From IMG/VR virus record IMGVR_UViG_3300036770_005778, positions 11,032 through 75,031 of that record: DNA of 64,000 bases, one strand, 5' to 3'. The position numbers were made by a program, and so were the translations under genes. This document shows, piece after piece, positions 7,273 through 14,979 of the stretch. Below the pieces are notes generated by a model. That model searched no databases. It was not told the DNA's origin and was given only the letters and a program-made list of their open reading frames with translations. Each line of letters begins with the position of its first letter. Position 1 is the first letter of the stretch. Origin of the DNA: a virus.

Positions 7273-7296
7273 GGGTGTTGCGTTTTTGCAACACCC
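7273..7296. repeat. inverted repeat GGGTGTTGC-N6-GCAACACCC
   Basis: 9-bp stem; same TGTNGC-N6-GCAACA core as 1312. Confidence 0.6.
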
Positions 7297-7317
7297 CCCG
7301 GCCCCGCTGCTAGCCGG

Positions 7318-7346
7318 TTGACAATTGGCGGGTTTGGCTGTAGAAT
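7318..7346 (+). promoter_or_regulatory. sigma70-type early promoter
   Basis: TTGACA-N17-TAGAAT. Confidence 0.85.
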
Positions 7347-7375
7347 GTAGTTACAGTGAAACAAAGGAGCGAACT

Positions 7376-7489
7376 ATGTTGAAACTCATCGGAATTGCGG
7401 CAGTAGTGTACGTGGGTTGGATCACCGGCATCATCCAAGCAGCACTTCTAATCACAGCCGCAGGGCTGACTACTGTGGCGGGGCTGTGA
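7376..7489 (+). CDS. 37-aa hydrophobic peptide (not in ORF track)
   Basis: AAGGAGCG RBS; MLKLIGIAAVVYVGWITGIIQAALLITAAGLTTVAGL. Confidence 0.7.
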   Translation: MLKLIGIAAVVYVGWITGIIQAALLITAAGLTTVAGL

Positions 7490-7671
7490 TGTTTGGATTC
7501 AATCATCGAGTAAGCCGCCCAGCGACCAACGAACTCATCGACCTAGCAGAAGGCGGAGTCATCGACTGGGAGTCATTGGCCCGAGATCTGTTGGGCTGGA
7601 TGAGCGAGCACGAAGTCGCAGAGTTCGCCCGACGCAATGACTACATCCGGGAGGAGGACGAGGATGCCTAA
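7489..7671 (+). CDS. small acidic hypothetical protein
   Basis: TGATG coupling; start moved to 7489. Confidence 0.65.
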   Translation: MFGFNHRVSRPATNELIDLAEGGVIDWESLARDLLGWMSEHEVAEFARRNDYIREEDEDA

Positions 7672-7891
7672 GTATGTGTTCGAGCGCACCAGCCTAGTCA
7701 CAGAGACTTTCACCGTGACGGCTGACGACGAGGATCAAGCCCTGGACCTAGTCCGGGACGGTGGGCCTACAGTCAAAGTTGGTCCTATGCAGTGGCAGGA
7801 TTGGTACGATGAGGAATACAGCCTAGATTCAGTAGAAGATGAACTGGTAACGTTCCTAAACTCAAAGGTGAAAGAATGCGCTATTTCCTGA
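7664..7891 (+). CDS. acidic hypothetical protein
   Basis: GGAGG RBS upstream of ATG 7664. Confidence 0.7.
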   Translation: MPKYVFERTSLVTETFTVTADDEDQALDLVRDGGPTVKVGPMQWQDWYDEEYSLDSVEDELVTFLNSKVKECAIS

Positions 7892-8229
7892 TATCGTTTG
7901 ACTGCAACGGCCTGGAGTGCCTGCAGGACATCTCAGAGTTCCATCCCGACAACTGGGACAAGAACCAACTCATGGGCATAATGATGGGCAAGGCCTACAA
8001 GAAGGCGCCCATCCATGCCCAGATCTCGCAGATGGTCATGCGGGCCAAATTCAACCCACAGCGCCACTACGAGATCTACATACAGCAGGCCGATGACGAT
8101 ATCTCAGCCGCAGATTTCGCCAGTGTGTTTAACGACGATCCGCAGTTCTGGGCGGATTACGTCCGTGAGCATCATAGTGTAAAGATATACAGTGATCGCA
8201 TCAAGAAGGGATCTAGGGTCATCGAGTGA
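7876..8229 (+). CDS. hypothetical protein
   Basis: 117 aa ORF in operon. Confidence 0.75.
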   Translation: MRYFLISFDCNGLECLQDISEFHPDNWDKNQLMGIMMGKAYKKAPIHAQISQMVMRAKFNPQRHYEIYIQQADDDISAADFASVFNDDPQFWADYVREHHSVKIYSDRIKKGSRVIE

Positions 8230-8235
8230 TTTTGG

Positions 8236-8264
8236 TTGACAACTCCTTGTTTTGGACCTATAAT
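8236..8264 (+). promoter_or_regulatory. sigma70-type early promoter
   Basis: TTGACA-N17-TATAAT. Confidence 0.9.
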
Positions 8265-8298
8265 AGAAACATAGGATAACAAAACAAGGAGCGACAAA

Positions 8299-8574
8299 AT
8301 GTACTTGGTTTATTCCGTGATAGCAGAACGTGATCACTACGAGGGCGATCGTGTGTATCCTTTGGCAGTGTTCGCAACCCGTGAAGAAGCAGTGGATTAC
8401 GGTGTGGGCTACCTGTTCGATGACGATGGCGATGACCCTCGCATAGGCGTTATGGATTCCGTGCGTGTGGTAGAGTTCGACGGTGCCCTCCCTGCGGTGG
8501 ACCTGTATGCTTACCGCGATGGTCTGGTAGGGCGTGGCGCTGGTGAGTGCGTGATGCGTTTGGCTGTGGCCTAA
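8299..8574 (+). CDS. acidic hypothetical early protein
   Basis: AAGGAGCG RBS. Confidence 0.8.
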   Translation: MYLVYSVIAERDHYEGDRVYPLAVFATREEAVDYGVGYLFDDDGDDPRIGVMDSVRVVEFDGALPAVDLYAYRDGLVGRGAGECVMRLAVA

Positions 8575-8579
8575 TTTGG

Positions 8580-8608
8580 TTGACAATTCCCTAGTTTGGC
8601 AGCATAAT
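8580..8608 (+). promoter_or_regulatory. sigma70-type early promoter
   Basis: TTGACA-N17-CATAAT. Confidence 0.8.
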
Positions 8609-8641
8609 AACAACTGTAGCAAAACACAACAAGGAGCGAAA

Positions 8642-8860
8642 ATGAAAGACATTGCACTGAACGTAGCCAACATAGCCTATAAGACCGTGATTGGCATCAT
8701 CATACTGCCCTTTATCGCAGTGGCTTTTGGCATAACCAAACTGCTGGGCGGCGAGCCCCTCAGCATGGACGACATGGGCGCGGGCTTCATGATCATGTGT
8801 GCCATAGCCATTGGCTTAGCGATCGCTACGGTAGCATTCGGCATAGGATACCTGCTGTAA
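8642..8860 (+). CDS. two-TM membrane protein
   Basis: Start 8642 after AAGGAGCG; two hydrophobic segments. Confidence 0.75.
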   Translation: MKDIALNVANIAYKTVIGIIILPFIAVAFGITKLLGGEPLSMDDMGAGFMIMCAIAIGLAIATVAFGIGYLL

Positions 8861-9081
8861 TGCCGTTAACTGCCCTAAAATGGCTGGGCACTGGGTTTAC
8901 CATACTGGGAGCCCTGCTGACGAGCCTGGGATCATATGATCCTTATAATGTCACAGCATTCAACCTGGGTGCGGTGTTTTGGCTGTGGGCTTCGATCCGT
9001 ATGCGAGATCCAGCGCTGATCACTGTGAACGCAGTGCTGTTGACAATCTATGTGTTTGGCAGTATACTAAGACTACAGTAA
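8860..9081 (+). CDS. three-TM small membrane protein
   Basis: TAATG coupling; hydrophobic throughout. Confidence 0.7.
   Translation: MPLTALKWLGTGFTILGALLTSLGSYDPYNVTAFNLGAVFWLWASIRMRDPALITVNAVLLTIYVFGSILRLQ
9040..9068 (+). promoter_or_regulatory. sigma70-type early promoter
   Basis: TTGACA-N17-TATACT. Confidence 0.8.
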
Positions 9082-9097
9082 ACTAAAGGAGCAAGCA

Positions 9098-9274
9098 ATG
9101 ACTAAACTAGCAATGACATTTATCTTTGGTGGCGTCCTACTGATGTTTGGCGCCGTGGGTGGCATGGAAGATCCTGCCAAAGCAGACTACTTCTTGGAGC
9201 AGTTAGTCATAGCACTGGTGGGCGTGTTCTTTGCCTTCGTGGGCACACGCCTGCTGCCCCAGGAGCAGGTATGA
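9098..9274 (+). CDS. two-TM membrane protein (58 aa, not in ORF track)
   Basis: AAGGAG RBS; MTKLAMTFIFGGVLLMFGAVGG... Confidence 0.7.
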   Translation: MTKLAMTFIFGGVLLMFGAVGGMEDPAKADYFLEQLVIALVGVFFAFVGTRLLPQEQV

Positions 9275-9486
9275 TCACCATACAAGGATTCACAGCCCTG
9301 CAGCGTGACATCGCTGACCGCATATGGGCCATGGACACTGAGCACGAAGTAGAACACTACATACAGAGCATGCCCCGTCGTATGCAGCCACAGGCCCGGG
9401 TAGTGCTCGACATGATCATAGCCACAGAACTAGACTCATACATGGAGATCACGGATGAAGTACGCGATTATCTCTGCAGCCGCTAG
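9271..9486 (+). CDS. hypothetical protein
   Basis: GGAG RBS, ATGA coupling. Confidence 0.7.
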   Translation: MITIQGFTALQRDIADRIWAMDTEHEVEHYIQSMPRRMQPQARVVLDMIIATELDSYMEITDEVRDYLCSR

Positions 9487-9658
9487 CCTAGCGTTACTGC
9501 AAGGCTGCGGTACAGTGCGCGATCACAGAGATGCTGCCTGGGATCCCGCGCCAGGCCGACTGCTGTTCGAACAGATCCCCCCGTGGGATGATCGGGCGCA
9601 TAGGATCTGCTGTGGCCATCTCAGGGAATGCCAGCCTCACCAATCGCCTCGGTGCTGA
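9455..9658 (+). CDS. putative small lipoprotein
   Basis: MKYAIISAAASLALLQG-C signal peptide with lipobox-like Cys. Confidence 0.6.
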   Translation: MKYAIISAAASLALLQGCGTVRDHRDAAWDPAPGRLLFEQIPPWDDRAHRICCGHLRECQPHQSPRC

Positions 9659-9704
9659 GGTCATGGTGGGGTCTATGGTGGCCGACCGGTATACAGCGTA
9701 GCAT

Positions 9705-9722
9705 GTTAGTATGCGCTAACTT
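9705..9722. repeat. third copy of the island-boundary motif
   Basis: GTTAGTATGCGCTAACTT, 15/18 identical to 6133-6150; at the end of the early region. Confidence 0.55.
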
Positions 9723-9827
9723 AGGCTAGTGGTCTAAAATCACCACCCTGAAAATTTAAGTACTCCACCTAAATTTTTTGCGCGGCTGTTTTTTTCCCCT
9801 GCAGGACCCATTTGGGCTACATACTGT

Positions 9828-10682
9828 ATGTCCACACTACACACTTTTGGCTGCTCTATCACACAGGGATTCGCTTTACCGGACCTAGTACGACCTATCA
9901 CTGACCACCATGGACAGCCGCTCACGGGACAGCAGATCCGTGATCTCGATCGACCCATAGATTGGCAAGACATACACGTCTACGAACCCAGCCAATTCGC
10001 TTGGCCTGCTGTGTTAGCCCGACTGCTGGACCTTCCCGTACACAATCATGCACGTCGCGGAGCCTGTTTTAACCAGATCGCTCGACAGTGTGTCCTGGCT
10101 GCTCCCACTATACGATCCCAGGACACAGTCATCGTGATGTGGACCTATCTGAGTAGGATCAGCCTGCAGTGGCCTGCTCGCACCGCAGTACCATTCTGTA
10201 ACCTAGTCGATCCCGCGGGACACGGTTGGCGCACTCTAATCCTAGGTTTTAACAAGTGGTTTGGACTAGATCGTGCTGATCAAACACGTGATGATCGTGT
10301 GTTAAAGTACATACACGACAGCACACGTATCACACATCTAGATCCATTGGGAGTCTACGATAGATACTATAATCATCTAGTTTTACAGATCACGGTCGAC
10401 GGTCTACTGCAGAGCACAGGTGCTCGTGTCATACACCTTTCAGTAGAGCCCGAATCCTATCTTGATCAACTGGAAACTGCAAGGCTAGAACTAGAACCTT
10501 CGCTGCAAGCACCCTATCAAATACCCGATCCTCGCAGTTGGTATACGCTCGACACGGATCATCACAGTTGTCGCGTCATACTAGATCCCTCAATTCCACC
10601 AGCAGAAAATGACATGCATCCCAGCTGCCAGCATCATCAAAACTTCGCTGATCACCTCCGCCGCCTGTATTTTTCTGGCTAG
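9828..10682 (+). CDS. SGNH/GDSL-like hydrolase-fold protein
   Basis: N-terminal FGCSITQG block, C-terminal DMHP (DxH-like). Confidence 0.6.
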   Translation: MSTLHTFGCSITQGFALPDLVRPITDHHGQPLTGQQIRDLDRPIDWQDIHVYEPSQFAWPAVLARLLDLPVHNHARRGACFNQIARQCVLAAPTIRSQDTVIVMWTYLSRISLQWPARTAVPFCNLVDPAGHGWRTLILGFNKWFGLDRADQTRDDRVLKYIHDSTRITHLDPLGVYDRYYNHLVLQITVDGLLQSTGARVIHLSVEPESYLDQLETARLELEPSLQAPYQIPDPRSWYTLDTDHHSCRVILDPSIPPAENDMHPSCQHHQNFADHLRRLYFSG

Positions 10683-10909
10683 TCTTCTAGGATCTGCCAC
10701 TTCGCGCCAGGTTGGCACCAACTCAGCGCGAATAAAGTATATGCTCGATCATCAGTGAACGTGACACTGAGCCTATAGTAAGTGATCCTAGTAGTGTACT
10801 CGAAACCATAGAGATCTCGCCATCGCGCCAGTTCACGATTAAGCACGGAGCATGAGTAGTGTGCGGCCTGCCCACCCGCTCCGGAAGGCAATTTGAATTC
10901 CACATGCAT
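10679..10909 (-). CDS. hypothetical protein
   Basis: TAAATA 6 nt upstream of ATG. Confidence 0.6.
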   Translation of the reverse strand: MHVEFKLPSGAGGQAAHYSCSVLNRELARWRDLYGFEYTTRITYYRLSVTFTDDRAYTLFALSWCQPGAKWQILED

Positions 10910-10933
10910 CACTGTTATTTACATATATACTGT

Positions 10934-11125
10934 ATGAAAACATTTGTGTTACAGTTGCTCACAGCAGTCACGGCCACGGGTTTTATCACATTCACTGTTA
11001 CGCACCTACATCAACCTATGATCGCATGGTCGCTTTGGGCTCTACACTGGATCCTAGCCATTCCCATAGCCTTGGTCACTGTGCGTTACGTCGCACCTTT
11101 TTACAAGCGAGTGTTTGGGCTATGA
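10934..11125 (+). CDS. small two-TM membrane protein
   Basis: MKTFVLQLLTAV...; hydrophobic. Confidence 0.6.
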   Translation: MKTFVLQLLTAVTATGFITFTVTHLHQPMIAWSLWALHWILAIPIALVTVRYVAPFYKRVFGL

Positions 11126-11161
11126 TCGCAGATAAATATTTTCAACAAGGAGCACCATAAC

Positions 11162-11344
11162 ATGGCCAAAACCACCAAAGAAACACAGCAGTTGACTGCC
11201 CAGACCGAGCGTGAAAATCGCGGTCGAGAAGCACAGGGTCGAGCACCTGAACAGCCTCAGCAGTCGCAGGATCCCACGATCAGTACCACGCCTGACAATC
11301 CACAGGTCTACGATGCCAGCCAACACGGACTGCGCCCAGTCTAA
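11162..11344 (+). CDS. small Gln/Thr-rich protein
   Basis: TAAATA and AAGGAG upstream. Confidence 0.65.
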   Translation: MAKTTKETQQLTAQTERENRGREAQGRAPEQPQQSQDPTISTTPDNPQVYDASQHGLRPV

Positions 11345-11353
11345 CTGATCACC

Positions 11354-11785
11354 ATGCTGGCCGCCCAGCAGCAGTTTCTAGCGTTGGTACAGGATCACAG
11401 CCAGCGCACGGGATTTTCAGCACCCGAGGATCTTTTGGCCTATTTGGCTCTGATCCTAGCCGAGCGTCTAGATCGACCCGATTTCATACCTGCGACATTC
11501 GCTGAGCAGTATCTCACGCTGTATGCGGCCTACCATCGCGGCGTCTATCGCGAGTTCGCTGACACCACGCTGATATTCTGCAGTCTCTTGCCCGACTACG
11601 GTCATCGGCGCGGCCTCAACATGGACTACTATGCCACCATGGGCATTTCTACCTACTACACTCTGGGCGATCTAGCCCAGGATCCTAGATTCACGCAGTT
11701 AGGCAATTGGTTCTATCACTGCCAGCGATTTTTAACCAGCCTGCTGCATCCAGATCGCGGGCTAGAGTTGGTGAGATTCAGATAA
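11354..11785 (+). CDS. hypothetical protein
   Basis: 143 aa ORF in operon. Confidence 0.7.
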   Translation: MLAAQQQFLALVQDHSQRTGFSAPEDLLAYLALILAERLDRPDFIPATFAEQYLTLYAAYHRGVYREFADTTLIFCSLLPDYGHRRGLNMDYYATMGISTYYTLGDLAQDPRFTQLGNWFYHCQRFLTSLLHPDRGLELVRFR

Positions 11786-11792
11786 TTACTGG

Positions 11793-12362
11793 ATGTTACA
11801 TGTGGTCGATGATCTACTACAGCCTCAGCATTTTGCCTATGCACAGGCCAAGTTTTCCAGCATAGAAATACCCTGGTTCTATCTGCCCTTTACGGCCAAT
11901 CCACGTGATCTAGATCACTTGCCTGAATATGCGGGATCTTTCAGCCACTTGGTCTACAAAGATGACGAACCTGCCAGCCCTCTGGCCGAAGCAGCCATAC
12001 ACATCTTGATCACGGCCTGCGATCGGCTGGGTCACGATCTAGATCGTGTCATAAGGATACGACTGGGCATGAGCACACGCACACCCCGACAGATACAGCA
12101 CACGCCTCACAAGGATCAGCAGTATCCGCATCGTGCGGCCATATGGTATCCCATCACTGCCTCGGGCGACACCGTGATCTTTGAAGAAACTGCGGTCAGC
12201 CGTCGCTACACTGAATGCTATCGCTGCTCGCCCGTGGCCAATCGTTGGCTGGATTTTCCTGGAGAGCACATGCATGCCAGCACCACACCTGATCAGCACG
12301 AACAGCGCATAGTCCTAAACTTTAACTATACTGTTCGTGGCATGCCCCCGCCCCCGGGCTAG
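11793..12362 (+). CDS. 2OG-Fe(II) oxygenase family protein
   Basis: HKD (HxD)...HAS (distal His)...RIVLNFN pattern. Confidence 0.75.
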   Translation: MLHVVDDLLQPQHFAYAQAKFSSIEIPWFYLPFTANPRDLDHLPEYAGSFSHLVYKDDEPASPLAEAAIHILITACDRLGHDLDRVIRIRLGMSTRTPRQIQHTPHKDQQYPHRAAIWYPITASGDTVIFEETAVSRRYTECYRCSPVANRWLDFPGEHMHASTTPDQHEQRIVLNFNYTVRGMPPPPG

Positions 12363-12370
12363 AAAAAATC

Positions 12371-12431
12371 TCGCGCTGCGCTTCGCGCTGGAATTTTCGC
12401 GCTGGGCTGCGCCCCGGATCGGGGCTAAATA
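12371..12431. repeat. triple TCGCGCTG repeat + GC hairpin + TAAATA
   Basis: TCGCGCTG at 12371, 12383, 12397; GCCCCG-GAT-CGGGGC 12411-12425; TAAATA 12426. Confidence 0.7.
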
Positions 12432-12453
12432 TTTCAGCAACGAGGAGAAGTCT

Positions 12454-12660
12454 ATGAAAGCATGGAAGATCATGGCCCGCAACACACGCACTCACATGCG
12501 CATCCAAAAACAGTTTCTAGACGGCTATGTGATCACTGATCACGCAGTGGCCAACGCAGAAGCACAGCGTTTCGCACAGGCCCAGGCAGATCGCACACGC
12601 GAGCCTTGGGTAGCAGAAGTATCGCAGTACGAAGTAGGCCGTAGACCCAGCCTTCAGTGA
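12454..12660 (+). CDS. hypothetical protein
   Basis: GAGGAG RBS before ATG 12454. Confidence 0.7.
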   Translation: MKAWKIMARNTRTHMRIQKQFLDGYVITDHAVANAEAQRFAQAQADRTREPWVAEVSQYEVGRRPSLQ

Positions 12661-13088
12661 TATAGATAGTTCACGGTGTCCGAGTTGACTCGATATCGAC
12701 TGGCACCATTGTTGAGGTGGAATCGCTCGGCCATTTCCGTTTTTGGGCTCAGTGTCACGAACGTTTTGACTTCTGGATGCTGCGATCGTATCTCAGCCTG
12801 GGCCTGCTCTATCAGCCTGCGACCAGCACCTCGCGCATAACTCCAAATGGTATAGAACACCGCAGTGGTAGCAGTGTTTGACAGCAGGTATAGATCTTCC
12901 ACGGTCTGTGGTATGTCAGCCAGCAGTTTCACGCAGGTCACTGCCAAAGGCTGTCCTTGATCGTCTTTGAGCACGAACACTCTACCTCGATCCGAAACAC
13001 GGAATTCCGGAGGTATGTCCGGGCGCACGGGATCGTCCCTCAGCAGTCCTAGCAGTTCTTCAGTGAGTTCGGTGATGGTGTCTAGCAT
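12654..13088 (-). CDS. GNAT-fold protein resembling malonyl-CoA decarboxylase catalytic domain
   Basis: TAVFYTIWS...GAGRRLI...FVTLSP motifs. Confidence 0.55.
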   Translation of the reverse strand: MLDTITELTEELLGLLRDDPVRPDIPPEFRVSDRGRVFVLKDDQGQPLAVTCVKLLADIPQTVEDLYLLSNTATTAVFYTIWSYARGAGRRLIEQAQAEIRSQHPEVKTFVTLSPKTEMAERFHLNNGASRYRVNSDTVNYLYH

Positions 13089-13172
13089 GTCAGTGTCGCA
13101 GTATAATGTGTGTATTTAACTCGAGATGGAAAAAAATCCTGCCGATCTCGATGCTGAGATAATTACAAGCAT

Positions 13173-14057
13173 ATGACCACTATCTATGTTTTCGGTGATT
13201 CTTTCACTGTGCCCAATCAGATCTATACCAGCAGCGGTGAGCAGGGCCTCTACGCCAGTCCTGGTGAAAGTTGGAGCCAGGGCGCTCCGAAACCCAAATG
13301 CCCCACATGGATCAATCTCGTAGCCGCGGCCCTGAGCCAGCAGCATCAGGAACTGGATTTGATCAACTACAGCCAGCACGGTGTGGCACAAGATTTCTGT
13401 TGGCTGCAGTTGATCAAAGCCTTGCCCGTGATACGGCCCGAAGACTACGTGATCGTGGCAGTGACGCATCCCAACAGATTTTGGTATCTGGAAGAGCATC
13501 CCAATCTGTCAAATCATCATATAATCAATCTAGAAAACATGCTGACCGAACAGCAGGCTTTGGCCGTGAAACTGTTCATGCAGCATATACAGCGACCCCA
13601 ATTGGACACACTGCACCAGACCAACCGCATGCGCAGCCTGGCCTATGAAGTGTTGAAACGAGGACTGCGGCGCCCTATGATGCTGAACTGTTTTGCTTCA
13701 GACATCACGGAAGTAGAACAACTAGATGATCTCATGTGGGCCAAAGGCAATCTTTTCAGCATACAGGCTCTGGAATATCTGGACGGCGAGGAAGAAAGCA
13801 CTACGTTTTTCAATGGCGTCGACTGCCGTTACAATCATCTATGCCTCAGCAATCACAGGATCTTGGCTGATAAAATACTCAGTGCGTTCAACCAAGGCAC
13901 TGTGGTAGATCTGGATCAGGGATTCCATCAAGGGCTGCTCAAAGACGGAGTGCTAGAAGACACTGAGTTTTGCCTGCAAGAACTGGACTGGGATAAACTA
14001 CAGTTTACCAGACAGCAAGAGAAAACCAAAAAATATCCTTGGTTAAAGTTGAGATAA
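13173..14057 (+). CDS. SGNH/GDSL-like protein
   Basis: VFGDSF block I; DCRYNHL C-terminal motif. Confidence 0.65.
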   Translation: MTTIYVFGDSFTVPNQIYTSSGEQGLYASPGESWSQGAPKPKCPTWINLVAAALSQQHQELDLINYSQHGVAQDFCWLQLIKALPVIRPEDYVIVAVTHPNRFWYLEEHPNLSNHHIINLENMLTEQQALAVKLFMQHIQRPQLDTLHQTNRMRSLAYEVLKRGLRRPMMLNCFASDITEVEQLDDLMWAKGNLFSIQALEYLDGEEESTTFFNGVDCRYNHLCLSNHRILADKILSAFNQGTVVDLDQGFHQGLLKDGVLEDTEFCLQELDWDKLQFTRQQEKTKKYPWLKLR

Positions 14058-14058
14058 T

Positions 14059-14922
14059 ATGGGTAGATTATTCGTTATAGGTGACAGTTTTTCCGCCAGC
14101 CCACGACGGGGTGACGAAACCAAGAATTGGTGCAGGCTGCTGGCAGAACTGCTGCATCAAAGAACAGGACAGGACATCACGTTGATCAACAACAGCCTGA
14201 TAGGAACCAGCCAAGATTGGTGTTGGACGCATCTCCAGATATGGTTGAACTATGAAATGACTGCCGATGATTATCTGGTCATCTGTCTCACGCATCCCAG
14301 CAGGGTCTGGTTCCTAGAACGCATGCCTGAAATGACCAATTCCAACATCATCGATCTAGATCGTTGGGTCACCAAAGAAGAAGCCAAGGCCATAGAACTG
14401 TATATCAGATACATACAGCGCCCTATGATAGATCTCATGAACGTCAATAATAGGCTGGCCTATGTGGCCTATCAGACGCAGCGCAGATCTCTGAGAAAAC
14501 CAGTGATCATCAAATGCTTTGATCAAGATCTAGATCAGGGAGAAGAATTTCCAGAGATCCAGATCGCACAGGGATCTCTGATGTCAGACGTGCAATATCA
14601 CGAATTCGATGATCCCGAAGCAGAAAGAGAAAGCAGATATTGGAGAGGTATCGACTGCCGATACAACCATCTGTGTCTCAGCAATCACAAGATCTTGGCA
14701 GAAAAGATCGCAGACAGTTTGGTATCAGGTCAAACCATAGATCTCAAAACTGGATTCCATAGAGGCCTATTGAAGGACGGCGGCCTTGACGATCTGGAGT
14801 TTTGCCAACGAGAATTGGACATGCATACCAGAGAAAACAATCTAAACAACGCCGATAAATTCAAACCAATCATACCTTGGGCTAAAAAAGTCGGAGTCAA
14901 AACCGGCCTAATAGAGCCTTGA
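14059..14922 (+). CDS. SGNH/GDSL-like protein (tandem paralog)
   Basis: VIGDSF; shares THP.R.W.LE and DCRYNHLCLSNH.ILA.KI with upstream gene. Confidence 0.65.
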   Translation: MGRLFVIGDSFSASPRRGDETKNWCRLLAELLHQRTGQDITLINNSLIGTSQDWCWTHLQIWLNYEMTADDYLVICLTHPSRVWFLERMPEMTNSNIIDLDRWVTKEEAKAIELYIRYIQRPMIDLMNVNNRLAYVAYQTQRRSLRKPVIIKCFDQDLDQGEEFPEIQIAQGSLMSDVQYHEFDDPEAERESRYWRGIDCRYNHLCLSNHKILAEKIADSLVSGQTIDLKTGFHRGLLKDGGLDDLEFCQRELDMHTRENNLNNADKFKPIIPWAKKVGVKTGLIEP

Positions 14923-14925
14923 TCG

Positions 14926-14954
14926 TTGACAGGTTTGATAAATTAGTATATAAT
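14926..14954 (+). promoter_or_regulatory. sigma70-type promoter
   Basis: TTGACA-N17-TATAAT, AAGGAG downstream. Confidence 0.85.
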
Positions 14955-14979
14955 ATCATTATCTTTTAAGGAGTCTAAA

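Larger units (their letters stand above)
6157..7294 (+). other. strand-specific dinucleotide-exclusion island (no TC or CC on + strand)
   Basis: Read line by line: last TC/CC at 6153-6156, next CC at 7294-7295. Confidence 0.95.

Noticed and set aside
6157-7294. Island explained as restriction-site avoidance or low GC
   Set aside because: C is plentiful (AC, GC) and GA/GG are common on the same strand; palindromic site avoidance would be symmetric.
2358-8641. Long ORF-track starts at 2358, 2827, 3802, 6502 and 8576
   Set aside because: They run through promoter sequence; downstream ATGs follow GGAGCG.
30-9068. Repeated GGTTGACAATTGG units as a CRISPR array
   Set aside because: Spacing is irregular (hundreds of bp), units are degenerate, and the intervals are genes; they are promoters.
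278-9973. Minus-strand ORFs in the early region (e.g. 278-847, 2572-3120, 8104-8673)
   Set aside because: Shadows of + strand genes that have promoters and RBSs; no supporting signals.
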